Positions 15,692 to 25,249 of a stretch of 45,762 nt of DNA are shown here, one piece after another. Position numbers and translations under genes: made by a program. Location: IMG/VR virus record IMGVR_UViG_3300021490_000003, positions 1 through 45,762 of that record, one strand, 5' to 3'. How positions within the stretch are numbered: position 1 is the first letter of the stretch; each line of letters begins with the position of its first letter. Origin of the DNA: a virus. Lineage: Duplodnaviria > Caudoviricetes. The notes below the pieces were generated by a model. The model did no database searches and had not been told where the DNA came from. It worked only from the letters and a program-made list of their open reading frames with translations.

Positions 15692-16890
15692 GAAAGTTAA
15701 GCGACTGGGTCACCTCTTATCAAGAGTATATGGAAGAAACTGAGAGTGCAAGGATATTACACTTATGGACAGCACTCTCGGTGATAGGAGCAGTTTTAAG
15801 GAAAAAGGTTTTCCTTCCTATTGGAAGAATAAATATATATCCTAATATGTATGTTGTCTTTGTTGGACCGCCAGGAGGGCCAAGGAAATCTCAGGCTATA
15901 TCCTTTGGAGTAAAGTTCCTTACTGACATTCCAGATATAATTATATCAGCCGACGCTATAACGCCTCAAGCTCTTTTAGATGATCTTGAGAAAAGTGCAA
16001 TAGATGAACAAATGGCTGATGGAAGTGTGTTTAGACATGCTTCCTTGACTGTCACAAGTAAGGAATTTGAATCTTTTCTTGGCCAAAAGGCTGAGAACAC
16101 AAGGATGATAACTTATCTGACAGACCTATTCGATGCCCAGGAGATACCTTGGAAATACAGAACAAAGCATTCAGGAACTAATGTTATACCTTCAGTCTTT
16201 CTTCATATCCTCGCTGCAACCACTCCTGATAGTATCGCCAGTACCTTGCCAAGCTCAGCTATCGGAACAGGCTTAACATCAAGAATAATATTTGTCTGGG
16301 TAGAACATAAGGAGAAAAAAGTCTGTTATCCAATAGAGACTCCAAAAGAAAGGGCTCTTAAGGAAGACCTCAAACATGATCTTTATATCATCAGTAGAAT
16401 GTCAGGCGGTTTCATCCAGTCTAAAGAAAGCTTCGTCTTATGGAAAGAGTGGTATGACAGCTATGATGCTCTTGATGAAAATAGAATCTGCAAAGATCCT
16501 ATCTTCACTGGCTGGTATGAAAGGAAGCCTTTGTATATACAAAAACTTTCAATAATCTATTCAGCTTCAGAGGGAAGCTCTATGACAGTGGAATGGAAAC
16601 ACTTTCAAAGAGCTATCTCAACGATAGAAGAAATTGAACATAATCTTCCAAATGTATTCAAAGCTGTTGGAAGATCCAATGTAGCTGTGGATGTAGACAA
16701 AGTAAATAGTATTATAGAAGCAAGGAAGTGGATTACAGAAAAAGAACTATTATCCTTAACATGGAGAGACCTGGACAGTTCAAAGCTCGACAATGTTATT
16801 GATACACTTCTAAGAAGTGGAAGTATAGAAAGAAAATATATAGGCCCAAAGGGAGAAAGAGGCTCTATATGGTACAAGAAGGTGCAATAA
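15688..16890 (+). CDS. DUF3987-like P-loop helicase with C-terminal winged helix
   Basis: YPNMYVVFVGPPGGPRKS, EFESFL, LTDLFD, GLTSRIIFV. Confidence 0.75.
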   Translation: MRKLSDWVTSYQEYMEETESARILHLWTALSVIGAVLRKKVFLPIGRINIYPNMYVVFVGPPGGPRKSQAISFGVKFLTDIPDIIISADAITPQALLDDLEKSAIDEQMADGSVFRHASLTVTSKEFESFLGQKAENTRMITYLTDLFDAQEIPWKYRTKHSGTNVIPSVFLHILAATTPDSIASTLPSSAIGTGLTSRIIFVWVEHKEKKVCYPIETPKERALKEDLKHDLYIISRMSGGFIQSKESFVLWKEWYDSYDALDENRICKDPIFTGWYERKPLYIQKLSIIYSASEGSSMTVEWKHFQRAISTIEEIEHNLPNVFKAVGRSNVAVDVDKVNSIIEARKWITEKELLSLTWRDLDSSKLDNVIDTLLRSGSIERKYIGPKGERGSIWYKKVQ

Positions 16891-16901
16891 TTGAACCTTC
16901 T
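16877..16901. repeat. dispersed 25-bp palindrome, copy 3
   Basis: AGAAGGTGCAATAATTGAACCTTCT; contains the helicase stop codon. Confidence 0.9.
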
Positions 16902-16921
16902 TGGATAGAAAGGAGAAAAAG

Positions 16922-17014
16922 ATGTTTGATCACATCGAAGAAGCTCTTGTTGCTTTAGCTATAGCCCTGGTAATTTTTATCTTATTTATCTACTTCGGAG
17001 AACCTATTCCTTAA
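16922..17014 (+). CDS. 30-aa single-pass membrane peptide (not in ORF track)
   Basis: AAAGGAG RBS; MFDHIEEALVALAIALVIFILFIYFGEPIP; its stop shares TTAA with the convergent gene. Confidence 0.6.
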   Translation: MFDHIEEALVALAIALVIFILFIYFGEPIP

Positions 17015-20000
17015 TCATGAGTGGCTGGAATAGCAAATAGATATTTTAATCTACTATCTCTATACCTTTCTGGTATATCATCCTCGGACAATCTAATGGC
17101 CTTCTTAAAAGCTACAGGAACAGGTGCAGGAACTCCTGCAATAGTAGCCCTGAACCATTGTTTAAAGAATGTAGATACTATAAACTCGTCATAGTCCTCT
17201 TGCATATACTGATTATAAGTATCCAAAGCTGCATTAACAACAGGAGGCATTCCTATTGCAATATCTCTTCTTCTGACTTCTCCAAAAGGAACATGGATAA
17301 AGTGATGTAAGAGATCTATGTCAAATATCCACTTACCTGCAGCTAACGCTGTGCCTATAAGCATTAGCTCTCTCATCATCTGTGTAGTCAGGGGCGTACC
17401 AAAAAGATCTTGCTCTTTGTTTAATCCCTGTTTCACCATCTCCCACTTGAATATCTGCTCTCCCTTTATAACATCTCTTCTAAGCTGCTTAACAGTTTCA
17501 AGAAGAGCCTCGCCTCCACGCTTGTACATCATAGCTCTTTGTTCCATTATCTTATAAGGAGTACCTTGAAACATAAGCATAAGCCTAACAAAAGGATTTC
17601 TTATCCAAGAAGGATTCGTTGGCCCACTTAAGAAGTTGGTCTTTAAGATAGTATCATATACACTATAGAGAGCTTGAGCAGGAGTCATGCCTTTCTTTGC
17701 AGCCATCTTAGTAGCGCAAATAACTGTTAAAGCCCTATCGAACCTCTCACTCGCCGCAAGAGGAGCACCTCCAACAGTATTGAGCCACATTAAGAGTTTA
17801 TCTCCATAAGCTTCATTTACCCTGAATGGAGAAATATCAGAAATTACTCTATACAGTTTTCCTGTCTCTGTAAAGGCTTCTACAGCCTCATCCATCATAT
17901 TCAGTCCCCAACCTCGCTTCTTAAGCCATTCCTCGCCTCCTGCTTGTTTTATAGCAATCTTTGACGCAGAGATTACAGCCTTAGGAACAGCCTTGGCTGT
18001 CTCTTTAGCTCCAAAGATCCTGGCAGTAGCTACTGTTTTGAGGATATGCTTAAAAGGAACTGACAGAGAGAACGCCAAGAGCCTTGCCACCTCAAAGGCA
18101 TATATTCTCTCTGACCATTTATTCAAACTTGATCTATCATAAGGCTTGAATCCATCTTCAAAAGATCTAAAGGATTCTATAAGCCCTCTCGGAGCAAGAC
18201 CTGGTTCATTCATTATCTTTGTCTTAAAGGCCCACCATCCATCAGGCTTACCTTTTCTCCAGAAGTTCATAGCCTCCAGTCTCATGTTTATATCTCTAAA
18301 GTAAGCCGTCAGACTATATTCAGCATCTGGAACCATAGGAAGATATCCAGTAGACCTACTATACAACCTTGTCATTGGAGGAGATGCAGTTGTGTAAGGG
18401 TATTTCTTATTTAACTCTTCAAGGATCTTTTTATTGTTCATCTTAGGATGCCAGGGATGGTGCATAAAAGGTCTACTGGTTATAATCTTTTCACCAGCCT
18501 CCATTACCCTGACACCGTAAGTCTCCATCATATCCTTTATCTTTCCGACAGCAGCCTTCTCTTCAAAGGATAGAGTTCCTTTAAGCCAAGGATAGAACTT
18601 GAAATCGTGGGTATCCTCAGCAGCAAGAAACACTCTAATTCCTGCATGTCTCTTATCCTTAGCCAAAGGCTCTACGACCTTAAGCCAATCCTTTTGATAT
18701 CTTTGAACAAGTGGTTCTGATGCCAGATAGGCTGCCTTGTGCCTATTAGCCTTATCCTCTAAGGCCTCCAATGTAGCAAGAGCCTCATCCTCCACCTTTT
18801 TGCTAAACTTCTTCTTTCTACTTAACTTTCTCCATTCATCCTTGGATAGTTTTTCAAAGTATTTATACATACCAAAGTGGAATGACCTCTCTTGCATAGG
18901 CCCATGATACCTTTCCACAAGAGGCTCCATAGCCTTTATAAGATCCTTTGCAGAAGATTTATATCCTGGGATAAAGTCCTTCAATATTCTAAGAGCTGTC
19001 TTCTGCGCCACAGTACTGTTATATAAAGCACTTCCCTGAGCATCAGCCCACTGGACTATAGGATTACTCATAAGCTCCTTGCCGTCTTTATATCCCATAT
19101 AGTGCCAGAATCTTGCCATCGGCGTCATTGTCTCTTGCACCAAGGAAGGAAGCTGTTTAGCTCTATCTCTTATAGCATTTACATCAGGTATTATCCTAAT
19201 AGATTCCTTGGGATTAGGCAAAGTATAAGGATCTGTCTGAGGCTCAGGTATGCTGCCCATTTTCTTGAAGGCCTTTAACAGTTTAGGAACCTCAACAGGC
19301 TTTGCATCCTTTAATGTCTTACCAACAAGCTCTGTTACTACCCTCATAGCAGCATCAGGAATCCCAGCAGCCTCTGCTTGCCTTGGAGATACAAAGTCTG
19401 TTAAGGCTCCAAACATAATTGAGCCTGTTAAACCTAAGAGCATACCAAAAGATAATCTCTTTTTATCAAGAGTCTCTTGTACCTCTAAAGGATCTACTGA
19501 CTTAGTAGCAAAGGTTGTTCCTGTCTTTTTATCAGTAAAGAAATGAAACGCAGGCTTTCCTTTAGCGTCCTCTTGGACTCCATTGTATATAATATCAAGT
19601 TTATCTGCTATCTTATGAGCCTCTCCTTCTTTTGCTGGCTTGAAGGCCTTAGCTTGAAAAGCTTCTGTTCCAGCTCTAATAATAAGCTCCTCCTCAGATA
19701 TCCCAAAATCAGTTGGAGTAGCCAGTATATGTTCCCCTGGATAAGCTCTTCTAAAAGCTTCAACAGCCTCCTTAGAATGAACACTTCCATATATCTCCCC
19801 AGTTCTTTTATTTATAAGAGTAACAGGAGTTAGCTGTGTTTCATAAGGAACCATTTCTTCTAATACTTCTGGAGGTAAAGTAGATTCATCCGCCACGCTT
19901 CTTGCTTCCACCTCTCCTAAGAGCCTTCTATATCTTTGAAAGGCAGCTCTATCAATGTCAAAAGTCTGATATCTACTAAGAACATACTTAGACAACTCTG

Positions 20001-22356
20001 AAGAACTTGGACGTCTTCCAAGCTCTCCTTCTGCTTCTTTCATAATATTAAACTTTTCTACAAAAGGAGCTCCTCCTGGAGCGAATCCTTCCATCTTTTG
20101 TACGAAATGCTGCACTTCATGAGCAATTAAGGGCTTAAACTGGTCCGCTGATATACCTCTTCCCACTTCTATCAGATTCTTATCAGGGAAGCTTGCAGCA
20201 TGTCCAGGAGGAAATCGATCTCTAAAAAGAACAACAACATCTTTTAACTGGGGATAAATCTTATACAGCTCTTCGTGAGGATATATATAGCGCAACTTGC
20301 CTCCATCCTTAGGCATCTTAACCTTCACATCATAATCAGGAATCCTAAACCTCCACTTACCATCAGGTCCTTTAAACCAGCCAGTCTTCTTAAAGATCTC
20401 ACTATCCCTTGCAGCAGAAGCTCCCTTTACAAACATCTTTACAGCCTTTCCAAAAGCAGAAGCAACAGGCTTTTCTAACTTTCCAAGAACTCCTATATAA
20501 GCAGCCTCAGCACTATCCTCCCTGGAAGCAATTGCTCCAGTTACACCAACACCTACAGCCGCTTTAGCACCTTTGCTCTTAAGCATTTTAGAAACAAATT
20601 CTTTCTTAGAAAGAACCTTTGGCTCTGTTCCAAGAGAACTAAGATATTCTAAGTCTTTCTCTTTCTCTCTCAAAACATATTTCTTATACTCCTCCCCAGC
20701 CTCTATTTTAGCTTTCTCTTTTTCAACAATAGCTTTATAGAGCTTCCCAGGTAAGATCCCCCTCCTCATAAGATCTTCCCTCTTCTGCGGAGATAATCCC
20801 TTAGCAAAAGTCAATAACCTCTCTTTCCTTTCTACTTCAGAAAGCTCAGCCTTTGGCCTAATCTCACGCTCTAATTCTTTAGTCCCAGAGGCAATTTGCT
20901 TTGTTCTCTCTGCAGCCTTTAACATCCTGTTAGCTAATCCAGGAGAAATATTCCTTATATCTACATCTTCATATCCAAGCCTTTTAAGCTTCTTCCTCAT
21001 AACAGGAGCTATGGCTCCAGCTTCTTCAGCCTTTTCAACTCCCTTCTCCATGCTTCCAACAAGATCTATAGCTTCATTCTTTGTCTTTCCCTTAGAAAGC
21101 TCCTGTAAGATTCTTTCCATTCCCTCTGGAGACTTTATATCAGAATACTTATATTTCCTGGCTTCAATGCCAGCTCTCCTAAGCTCCTCTGGAGTATACT
21201 TTATAACTCCTTCACCTTCAGGAACTCCTGGATGGATTCCTCTTCTTATGGATTCCAGCTCTTCAGGAGAAAGAATTCTTCTTCTTGTAACTCTCCCAGC
21301 CAAAGGAATAGCAGGCTCTAATGGCTCTAAAGGTTCTACAGGTTTCTCAGGCTTTACACCTAACTCCTTTACCCTTCGATCTAAAAGATCAACAAAGTTC
21401 TTTACAAGCTTTTCCTTATCTTTTTCTAAGACCTCACTTCCTTTCTCAGCTGCACGAATACCTTCTTTATAAGCATCCCAATATTTCGTAAGGTTCTCTG
21501 CTGTAGGCTTAGCAGTAACCTCTTCAGCTAAGGTATTTCTCTTTAAAAACTTATCAGCCAAGGTTCCAAGATATTTCTTCGTTCCTTCAGATAAACCTCC
21601 ACCAAAGATAGCCTTAACAGGAACACCTCCACTGGCCGCAGCCGCTGCCAAAAAGCCTCCTATATGTGCAACAGCAGGATGTTCTTTTCCTACAGAAGTA
21701 CTCTTTATTGCCTCAGTAACCCTCGGCTCTACCTCTTCAAAGACTCTAAATGCCAGTGGTGCTGTGGCTGCAGCCTCAAGCATAGTCAATGGAATAGATC
21801 TCCTTACACCACGCCCAATAGCTCTTTTTCCAGCTTCTATAACAGCTGCTCCACCGGCGCCCCACAGCGCACTTTCCTCAGCTCTCATATGATGTATCTT
21901 TGGAGGATGTTCTCTCTCCCATTTCTCTTGACCAGGGATTGGAACATAAGGTTTATGAATAAAAGTACTAAAGGTCCCTGTATGTTGCTTTTGTATATAC
22001 CTATGAATAGCTTCCCTTCGTCTTCCAAGCTCGATATCCCCAGCAGCAGCCATTATCTCAGAAGGCTTATACTTAGCCAACCTTGGATCTTCGACCATAG
22101 AAGTATATCTATTCCATATATCAGTCCCTAAGGTCTTTCTTGGATCTCCTTCAGGAATAGCTTTCTCTACAGCTTGAAGAGAAGTAGCCTTTTGGCCCTT
22201 CTTTACTTTCCTTCCTTCAGGAACGGCCAATATCCTTACTGCTTCAGCAAGCCTTTTCTGAATAAGAGCAGGATTGTATCTATACTTTGCTCTTTCAGAC
22301 TCTACAGCCCTCTCCCTGGCTTCCCTTTCTGCAAGATATCTACTATATAAAGACAT
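17011..22356 (-). CDS. large internal virion (ejection) polyvalent protein with LPD23-like HExxH domain
   Basis: TGWFKGPDGKWRF, HEELYKIYPQL, HEVQHFVQKMEGFAPGG, YRRLLGEVEAR; last gene of the structural arm; Gly/Ala hydrophobic segments. Confidence 0.75.
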   Translation of the reverse strand: MSLYSRYLAEREARERAVESERAKYRYNPALIQKRLAEAVRILAVPEGRKVKKGQKATSLQAVEKAIPEGDPRKTLGTDIWNRYTSMVEDPRLAKYKPSEIMAAAGDIELGRRREAIHRYIQKQHTGTFSTFIHKPYVPIPGQEKWEREHPPKIHHMRAEESALWGAGGAAVIEAGKRAIGRGVRRSIPLTMLEAAATAPLAFRVFEEVEPRVTEAIKSTSVGKEHPAVAHIGGFLAAAAASGGVPVKAIFGGGLSEGTKKYLGTLADKFLKRNTLAEEVTAKPTAENLTKYWDAYKEGIRAAEKGSEVLEKDKEKLVKNFVDLLDRRVKELGVKPEKPVEPLEPLEPAIPLAGRVTRRRILSPEELESIRRGIHPGVPEGEGVIKYTPEELRRAGIEARKYKYSDIKSPEGMERILQELSKGKTKNEAIDLVGSMEKGVEKAEEAGAIAPVMRKKLKRLGYEDVDIRNISPGLANRMLKAAERTKQIASGTKELEREIRPKAELSEVERKERLLTFAKGLSPQKREDLMRRGILPGKLYKAIVEKEKAKIEAGEEYKKYVLREKEKDLEYLSSLGTEPKVLSKKEFVSKMLKSKGAKAAVGVGVTGAIASREDSAEAAYIGVLGKLEKPVASAFGKAVKMFVKGASAARDSEIFKKTGWFKGPDGKWRFRIPDYDVKVKMPKDGGKLRYIYPHEELYKIYPQLKDVVVLFRDRFPPGHAASFPDKNLIEVGRGISADQFKPLIAHEVQHFVQKMEGFAPGGAPFVEKFNIMKEAEGELGRRPSSSELSKYVLSRYQTFDIDRAAFQRYRRLLGEVEARSVADESTLPPEVLEEMVPYETQLTPVTLINKRTGEIYGSVHSKEAVEAFRRAYPGEHILATPTDFGISEEELIIRAGTEAFQAKAFKPAKEGEAHKIADKLDIIYNGVQEDAKGKPAFHFFTDKKTGTTFATKSVDPLEVQETLDKKRLSFGMLLGLTGSIMFGALTDFVSPRQAEAAGIPDAAMRVVTELVGKTLKDAKPVEVPKLLKAFKKMGSIPEPQTDPYTLPNPKESIRIIPDVNAIRDRAKQLPSLVQETMTPMARFWHYMGYKDGKELMSNPIVQWADAQGSALYNSTVAQKTALRILKDFIPGYKSSAKDLIKAMEPLVERYHGPMQERSFHFGMYKYFEKLSKDEWRKLSRKKKFSKKVEDEALATLEALEDKANRHKAAYLASEPLVQRYQKDWLKVVEPLAKDKRHAGIRVFLAAEDTHDFKFYPWLKGTLSFEEKAAVGKIKDMMETYGVRVMEAGEKIITSRPFMHHPWHPKMNNKKILEELNKKYPYTTASPPMTRLYSRSTGYLPMVPDAEYSLTAYFRDINMRLEAMNFWRKGKPDGWWAFKTKIMNEPGLAPRGLIESFRSFEDGFKPYDRSSLNKWSERIYAFEVARLLAFSLSVPFKHILKTVATARIFGAKETAKAVPKAVISASKIAIKQAGGEEWLKKRGWGLNMMDEAVEAFTETGKLYRVISDISPFRVNEAYGDKLLMWLNTVGGAPLAASERFDRALTVICATKMAAKKGMTPAQALYSVYDTILKTNFLSGPTNPSWIRNPFVRLMLMFQGTPYKIMEQRAMMYKRGGEALLETVKQLRRDVIKGEQIFKWEMVKQGLNKEQDLFGTPLTTQMMRELMLIGTALAAGKWIFDIDLLHHFIHVPFGEVRRRDIAIGMPPVVNAALDTYNQYMQEDYDEFIVSTFFKQWFRATIAGVPAPVPVAFKKAIRLSEDDIPERYRDSRLKYLFAIPATHD

Positions 22357-22358
22357 AA

Positions 22359-22499
22359 CTACCTCTGAATTGTTTCTTTCAGTTTTTTATTTCTTACTTT
22401 TATACTCTTAAGAGTACCATAATAAAGCTCACCTGGCCGAAGCTTCACAAGCTCTTTCTTCTTTTTAAGAAGATATTTTCTAATTCTTGCAATAGCCAT
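22359..22499 (-). CDS. small basic protein (46 aa, not in ORF track)
   Basis: MAIARIRKYLLKKKK...; TAATG overlap with the upstream gene. Confidence 0.55.
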   Translation of the reverse strand: MAIARIRKYLLKKKKELVKLRPGELYYGTLKSIKVRNKKLKETIQR

Positions 22500-22699
22500 T
22501 ACTTATGCATCTCCCTAAAAGTTCTGGCCAGAACAGCTCTCTTGGCCACAACTCCACCAGCAGCAATTCCTTTTTCTATACAAGCATTCGTGACACCCTT
22601 AAAGCCAAGAGACTTGCAATAAGCCGTGAAGGCTCCTGGATTCTTCACAGCATCCTGTGCCCACTTCTTTTTCTTTCTCCTCATTTTTGCAACTGCCAT
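22499..22699 (-). CDS. small basic protein
   Basis: AAAGGAG RBS; KKWAQDAVKNPGAF...KRAVLARTF. Confidence 0.75.
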   Translation of the reverse strand: MAVAKMRRKKKKWAQDAVKNPGAFTAYCKSLGFKGVTNACIEKGIAAGGVVAKRAVLARTFREMHK

Positions 22700-22713
22700 T
22701 TTATTCTCCTTTA

Positions 22714-22738
22714 AGAAGATTCAATTATTGAACCTTCT
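22714..22738. repeat. dispersed 25-bp palindrome, copy 4
   Basis: AGAAGATTCAATTATTGAACCTTCT; contains the stop of the upstream - strand gene. Confidence 0.9.
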
Positions 22739-22928
22739 GGCGTCTATGAGCTTTCTTTATAGCTCTCTCCCTTAGAGCTCCTACAGCTCTCTTCCAGGCT
22801 TCATCTTTAGATAGTCCTTTCTTAAGATATTCTATAACTATCTTATGAGCCAGCTTGGTATGTATACCCTTTCCATCTGGAGGAACAAGCCCAGCTCTTC
22901 TATACATATTTCTTATTTCTTTACTCAA
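22725..22928 (-). CDS. small basic protein
   Basis: PPDGKGIHTK; start TTG 22928 or ATG 22907. Confidence 0.6.
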   Translation of the reverse strand: MSKEIRNMYRRAGLVPPDGKGIHTKLAHKIVIEYLKKGLSKDEAWKRAVGALRERAIKKAHRRQKVQ

Positions 22929-23367
22929 CTGGCACGCACTCCTCTCCATTCCAGCGATATCCCTCAGGACACAAGGAAGCTCCAGGCTTGGCAACAATCC
23001 TTTTTATTTCCTTGATAAGATCTTCCGAAGATACCTCTGGATGACTTCTTGCCCATTCAGATTCTCGCTCCGCCAGGCCTACTTCTCTTTCCCTAACACC
23101 AGCCATTCTGCCATAGTGAAGGGCTGTTAGCCTACTCGTAGTAGCTTCTTTTTCTGGTAATCCATAAGGATATCTCCTTGCAAGCTCCTCTCCTACAAGA
23201 CCACCTGGGCCATATCTCCAAGCAGATTCCCTACCACTAAGCTGCACCCTGCGCCTTTCTGCTTCTGCTTGTATCCTGGCGGCTCTTGCTGTCTCTTCCT
23301 TTGCAGCATATTTTCTTCTAAGCCATCTATCTATATCTGTATCTCCATAATAACTAATTCTTGGCAT
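22921..23367 (-). CDS. putative internal virion protein
   Basis: AAGGAG RBS; coiled segments; C-terminal CPEGYRWNGEECVP. Confidence 0.65.
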   Translation of the reverse strand: MPRISYYGDTDIDRWLRRKYAAKEETARAARIQAEAERRRVQLSGRESAWRYGPGGLVGEELARRYPYGLPEKEATTSRLTALHYGRMAGVREREVGLAERESEWARSHPEVSSEDLIKEIKRIVAKPGASLCPEGYRWNGEECVPVE

Positions 23368-23378
23368 AAGCCTCTCCT

Positions 23379-25241
23379 TTACGCACTAAGCTCATGATTG
23401 TAATATTCTCCAACTTCTCCCGACAGAGTCCCTCGCATTGACATCTGAACTCCTGCAGCAACAGCACTTATAGCCGATGCAGCCATTTGTGCAGTTATTC
23501 TGGCGCTGGAATCAGCTATCTTAAACTCAAGTTCTTTTTGTCTATTTACTTCATCAAGAAACAATTTTGAGTTTTCTAAAGCAACTCTTGCATAATTAGC
23601 TGCATGGTCAGATTCAGCTCTATACTTATCAACATTTGCCTGTATTTGAGTCCTTGACCTATCAATCTCAGCTCTATATCCCTCAACAGAATATCCATAT
23701 ATCCTTGCCTTAGTCTCAAGCTCAGACATCTTGGCCTTAACTTCAGCATTCCACTCTTCAATCTTTGCTCTTAAGATGTCTATCTTGTTTCTATTAGACT
23801 CTAAAATAACATTAGCCTTTGCAATATCTATATCAGCCTTTGCTCTTACTGCATTTACTTCATTAGCATAAGCCCTAACTTGTTCACTGTAAAGAGATGC
23901 CTTAGCAGCCTGTCCAGCTATCTTGGCTTGGTATAGATTAAAAGAACTTACCATAGCATTAAGCTTTGCATTATAGACATCTATCTTTCCTCTATAGACA
24001 TCAAGCTTTGTTCTCTCTATATTAGCTTGTATACTCGCAGATTCCATTTCTACTCTATAAAGATCTATAAGAGTAGAAACAGCAGCTATTTGGGATCTAT
24101 ACAGATCAACTTGTGTTCTCTGTACTTCAGCCTTTACTCTAACGCCTTCCATCTGGGCTCTATATCTTTCTATCACAGCTAAAGAAGCCCTTATTCTACT
24201 TTCATACACAGCTGCCCTCGTTTGATATCCTGCAAGTCTTGCTTTATATAAAGCAATATTAGCATTAAATACTGCAATAGCAGCATCCTGTACTGTTTTA
24301 GCTGCATTCAATGCTCTATTTTGTGTCTCAGTAAAGAAGGCCATTAAAGAGGCTTCATACTGTATAGTTGAAGTAATTGCAAAGTGTGTATTTGTCTGCG
24401 CAAGCTTAGCTTGTTCTATAGATATTTCATAATTAAGCTGCTGTACAGCTCTCTCTTGCTCCTTAATAACCTCAGCAAGCCTGCCCATTAAAGCCCCTGG
24501 AGGAATAGAGAATCCCTTAGATGCAAAGTAATTTTCAGCATCACTATATGTCTTTTCATTTTCCAGGGCTAGTCTATCTTTTGATCTCTCCCAGATAGCA
24601 TCCTCAATCTCTGCAGCAAGTCCAGTACCTCCGTTCTCTACAAGATCTTGTAATTTCTCTTTCACAGCATCCGCAAGCATAGAGGTATAACCAGGATCTT
24701 CATAAACAAAAACTGAGCTCGGAGGATCAAGATCACAAGTAGGATACTCTCCTTCAAAGGAAATTGTCTCTACTTCAGGAACCTCAGGAAAAGTTAACTC
24801 TTCAAACTCTGGAGCATCAGGAAGATCATAAGATGGCTTTGTAGGAATATCTGGATATCTAATAGTAGGGCCATCTCCTGGATCTTCAGGATAATCTTCA
24901 CTTGGCTCATCAGGAATAATTATATCAGGAGCTACTGCATCCAAGGATGGAATATCAAGGTCTGGAATAGAAATACTTGTAGTCTCTATTCCGCCAGGCT
25001 TATCTGGAAGTTCCACCGAAGTATCAGGCTCTCTCGGGGCCTCTGGATCATCTGCATCTGTATTCATAGGAGGAATATCTAAGTTTCCTAAGTTTATACT
25101 AAAGGAAGATGCACCTAATTGCATATCTTGAAGATATGTCTTAGCCAGATCCCATAGTTCAGTTGCAAATGTCTGTGTGCTCTCAAACTTATTTGTTACA
25201 AGCTCCCTAACAGGGCCTACATCTATATCAATATAGCTCAT
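23379..25241 (-). CDS. virion protein with acidic Pro-rich N-terminus and long coiled coil
   Basis: Composition; position in the tail module; GAGG RBS. Confidence 0.7.
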   Translation of the reverse strand: MSYIDIDVGPVRELVTNKFESTQTFATELWDLAKTYLQDMQLGASSFSINLGNLDIPPMNTDADDPEAPREPDTSVELPDKPGGIETTSISIPDLDIPSLDAVAPDIIIPDEPSEDYPEDPGDGPTIRYPDIPTKPSYDLPDAPEFEELTFPEVPEVETISFEGEYPTCDLDPPSSVFVYEDPGYTSMLADAVKEKLQDLVENGGTGLAAEIEDAIWERSKDRLALENEKTYSDAENYFASKGFSIPPGALMGRLAEVIKEQERAVQQLNYEISIEQAKLAQTNTHFAITSTIQYEASLMAFFTETQNRALNAAKTVQDAAIAVFNANIALYKARLAGYQTRAAVYESRIRASLAVIERYRAQMEGVRVKAEVQRTQVDLYRSQIAAVSTLIDLYRVEMESASIQANIERTKLDVYRGKIDVYNAKLNAMVSSFNLYQAKIAGQAAKASLYSEQVRAYANEVNAVRAKADIDIAKANVILESNRNKIDILRAKIEEWNAEVKAKMSELETKARIYGYSVEGYRAEIDRSRTQIQANVDKYRAESDHAANYARVALENSKLFLDEVNRQKELEFKIADSSARITAQMAASAISAVAAGVQMSMRGTLSGEVGEYYNHELSA

Positions 25242-25249
25242 CTTAACCT

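Noticed and set aside
21011-22131. + strand ORFs antisense to the 1781-aa gene, and similar shadow ORFs elsewhere
   Set aside because: No RBS, Ser/Phe/Leu-rich composition typical of reverse-frame shadows, and fully overlapped by well-supported genes.
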